NCBI GenBank assembly: GCA_044231675.1
Contig: CM094664.1
Location: 14,232,162-14,296,161 of the forward strand
Length of the DNA: 64,000 nucleotides
Origin: Synchiropus picturatus
Lineage: Eukaryota
Direction: 5' to 3'
The notes under the pieces were generated by a model. That model was not told where the DNA came from, made no database searches, and worked only from the letters and a program-made list of their open reading frames with translations. Below are positions 61,527-64,000 of the stretch, one piece after another. Position 1 is the stretch's first letter; each line of letters opens with the position of its first letter. The translations under genes were made by a program, and so were the position numbers.

Positions 61527-64000
61527 ATGTCTTCTCGGAGCTTCAGAGTCAATTTGTTGTGTCACCGGACGAGCGTGATGAGGATGATGCGGAGGGTGAG
61601 TGAAGTTTGCGGGTGTCATTGAACGCATCATCACTATGACAGAGGTCAGGCACCGAAAAAAACCCTTCGACGATCTGAAACTAATAAAATAGACGTTTAT
61701 TAAGTGAGGAATCATTATGGACGCATTTCTTTCCTGCCCTCTTTCCTGGCTATTGCAATCCAAACCATTCATAAAATCAGTAATATTCTGTGGTTTGTGA
61801 AGAATTTTCAGTTCTAATTTGTCCGTATATGTCCAACATTATTTCGCAGGCAATGACTGCAGAGGCAAGAGTCCAACCCCAGGCAGACTTCCTGAAGGGG
61901 AACCAACACAAACGACACCCGGGCATCAGCAGCATGAAGACTCTGCGGCTTCCTGTGGAGCTCCAGGCAGCTGCGTGCTCCGTCATCAAGAGTAGGTTTG
62001 TTTATTTTATTGACACCTTTTTCTTCTGATGTCTGGTCATGTTCACTCATCCGACCCTGCAGAAGCGAACATTCCACAACTTGAAGAGCAAGCTCATCGT
62101 ATGAAGAACGTCCTGTGGAGCAGGAAAAGAGCGGTGGAGGAGTCAGCTCTGAGGAAGAAGGCCGTGGGTCTGGAAAAGGAGCTGTGGGAGAAAGCTATGT
62201 TGAAGCGAGGCGGTGAGTGACTCATACGCTCCACACAATGTTGGTTGTGAAACTCTGCTTGTGCCCTTTAAATGCAGATGATGATGAGCCAGCTCTAGAG
62301 GAACAAATCCAGAGGAGAGTGCTGTCTGAGCTCAGAAGAACGACGTACCGCTGGACCCCCATCAAGTAAAATACTTACTTTGTTTTCAAATCACAATCCA
62401 CCAAGTCCTGATCCAGTTGCGGGTGTAGCTGCAGTGTTTCTGCCGCTGACATGTTGAAAATACAGAGTATCAAAAGTGACTATCTCTGTGTTCCAGGTAC
62501 AATGAGGAGACCAGTGTAGTCTACATGGCAGCCCGGCTAGCTGGGGGTTACGCAGCAGTGAGGAGAGCTTTGAATGAGGTTAGTGGCCATATCTAAAGAT
62601 GGCACCTACGTGTGCGCCATCTAGTGGGCTAACGCTGCATACACTTGTTCTAAAGTTCTAAAAAGAAAGTGTCTGCTCCTCAGATCAAAAAGCGAGACCC
62701 TGCTTTCGCCCCCGAGTCTCTGCTGGACTTCGGGTCTGGGCTGGGGAGTGTGGCCTGGTCAGTGCTGCGACGGCTTGAGCGTCTTAACTCACCGTGATGT
62801 TCTGAATCATCATCCTCTGAATCACCGTCTCATAGGGCGTCGCACTCCTGCTGGCCTGACTCGCTGAAGGAGCTGGTGTGCGTGGACAGCTCCGGCACCA
62901 TGAACACTCTGGCGGAGCGACTTCTCAGAGGTCCACGTTCCACACTGTGTTGTCTGATAACAGATGATTCTCTCTTTTATTTACACAACTGATGTTGTTG
63001 CAACAGGAGATGAAGAAGAAGGGGAGCCCAGATTCAAACATGTGTACTTCAGACAGTTTCTTCCTCTTTCTCCAAAGGTACCAGACCCGGTTCTGCTTGT
63101 CAGTCCACCTTTTTTATAATGTGAACTGTTTTAACACGAGCAGAAATGAATCGTGCATCTGTAGTCACCTGATCACTGCAGTCATGTGACTCATATGAGA
63201 CGACAGGATCTCTGAATTATTTATCCCACAGGTCCAGTTCGACCTGGTGTCGGCTGCGTTCACACTGTCCGAGCTGCCTGGCGTGAAGGAGCGAGAGGAA
63301 GCTGCGTTCACTCTGTGGAGAAAGACCAACAGATACCTGGTCAGTTACCAGTCTGGACCAGGACACGAGACAAAAACATACTCTGCAGAAACAGAAACAC
63401 ACAATTAAACACACTTGAATATGCCTCACACACAAACCCAATCAGAAAAAATTCATCCAAAATCATTTCATACACACACAGGTGTTGGTGGAGAGCGGAA
63501 CCAGAGAAGGTCACCAGATGCTACTGGAGGTCAGAGACGCTCTGCTGCAGGTGAGAGTGCAGACCCTCTCACGTACATCATCAGCTTCTGACTCGATTCT
63601 GTGCTTCTAGAACCAGGAGAAGACGGTCCATGACAGCAGACCTGCTTCCGTCTTTGCTCCGGTACGGTTCACTTTCATGTCATGGCTTCATCCCTGCTGT
63701 TGTGTGTTGATGTACTTGTGATGTCTTCCAGTGTCCTCACGAGCTGCCGTGTCCCAAGCTCGCGCTGAAGCCGCCGGCCCCCTGCAACTTCCAGCAGGTT
63801 CACCACCCGCTGCCTCTGACTGGGGTGAGACTTGTCAGAGCTCCACACCTTGCTGAGTCGTCTTTGATCTTCATTCTTGTGGTGTTCAGAAGCCCGACAT
63901 GCAGACGGAGAAGTTCAGCTACCTGATCCTGACTCGGACCGCGGCACCGGTCCCCAATGGGGACTCCGACCCGGACTGGGCACGACTGATCTCGCCAGTG
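61527..64000 (+). CDS. mettl17: mettl17 (mitochondrial methyltransferase-like 17 / Rsm22 homolog), 5' part of gene; 13 coding exons within the window: 61527-61595, 61850-61991, 62063-62212, 62278-62365, 62497-62578, 62684-62757, 62836-62930, 63007-63077, 63232-63339, 63482-63550, 63611-63661, 63732-63824, 63890-64000 (partial)
   Basis: Exon 1 is MSSRSFRVNLLCHRTSVMRMMRR, resembling a mitochondrial presequence. Later exons match human METTL17: ..HKRHPGISSMKTLRLPVELQAA.. (hs HRQHPGILKLPHVRLPQAL), YMAARLAGGYAAVRRA, the SAM motif LLDFGSGLGSVAW, VQFDLVSAAFTLSELP, TLWRKT, VLVESGTREGH and FAPCPHELPCP (hs FVFAPCPHELPCP). All junctions are GT..AG with consistent phases. The gene continues beyond position 64000. 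Confidence 0.88.

Noticed and set aside
1-64000. Prokaryotic-style features (CRISPR arrays, operons, defence islands, rho-independent terminators)
   Set aside because: The sequence is clearly eukaryotic, with spliced genes and vertebrate microsatellites. No direct-repeat/spacer arrays are present.

Overview
This is vertebrate nuclear DNA, most likely from a teleost fish, not a prokaryote. The evidence is GT-AG introns, abundant (CA/GT)n and (AT)n microsatellites, CpG-island-like stretches and multi-exon genes. No CRISPR, operon or rRNA/tRNA features are present.

Six protein-coding loci can be supported from the sequence.

1. Bases 1–20.3 kb are a gene-poor, repeat- and motif-rich stretch. 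It ends at a CpG island and a minus-strand exon encoding MADGPRCKRRKQANPKRSS followed by GTAAGT. This is the hallmark first coding exon of the ZEB1/ZEB2 zinc-finger homeobox family, so the first ~20 kb is probably zeb intron 1.
2. tep1 (telomerase-associated protein 1) lies on the minus strand, CDS 25305–40995, with many exons. It carries TEP1 N-terminal repeats, TROVE, DUF4062, a NACHT P-loop and a long WD40 array. One coding exon contains an in-frame 36-bp acidic minisatellite.
3. A ZNRF-family RING E3 ligase (znrf1-like) lies on the plus strand at 42537–48024, with 4 coding exons. It is head-to-head with tep1.
4. A Lifeguard/TMBIM-family gene (tmbim1-like) lies on the plus strand at 53366–54807, with 5 coding exons, seven transmembrane helices and a PPxY-rich N-terminus.
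5. parp2 lies on the minus strand at 55806–60923, convergent with tmbim. Its 5' end carries an in-frame WWE-domain exon, which is not part of the canonical mammalian PARP2 architecture.
6. mettl17 (mitochondrial Rsm22-like methyltransferase) lies on the plus strand from 61527 to beyond the window end. It is head-to-head with parp2 across a ~600-bp bidirectional promoter.

PARP2, TEP1 and METTL17 are all human 14q11.2 genes, so part of that synteny is retained. The RPPH1 RNase P RNA that sits next to human PARP2 is not detectable here.

Other content includes several tandem duplications, an inverted-repeat pair, GGATGAATG-type satellites and many microsatellites. Coordinates for exons were anchored on the supplied ORF track. 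Exons not listed individually are described at gene level only.
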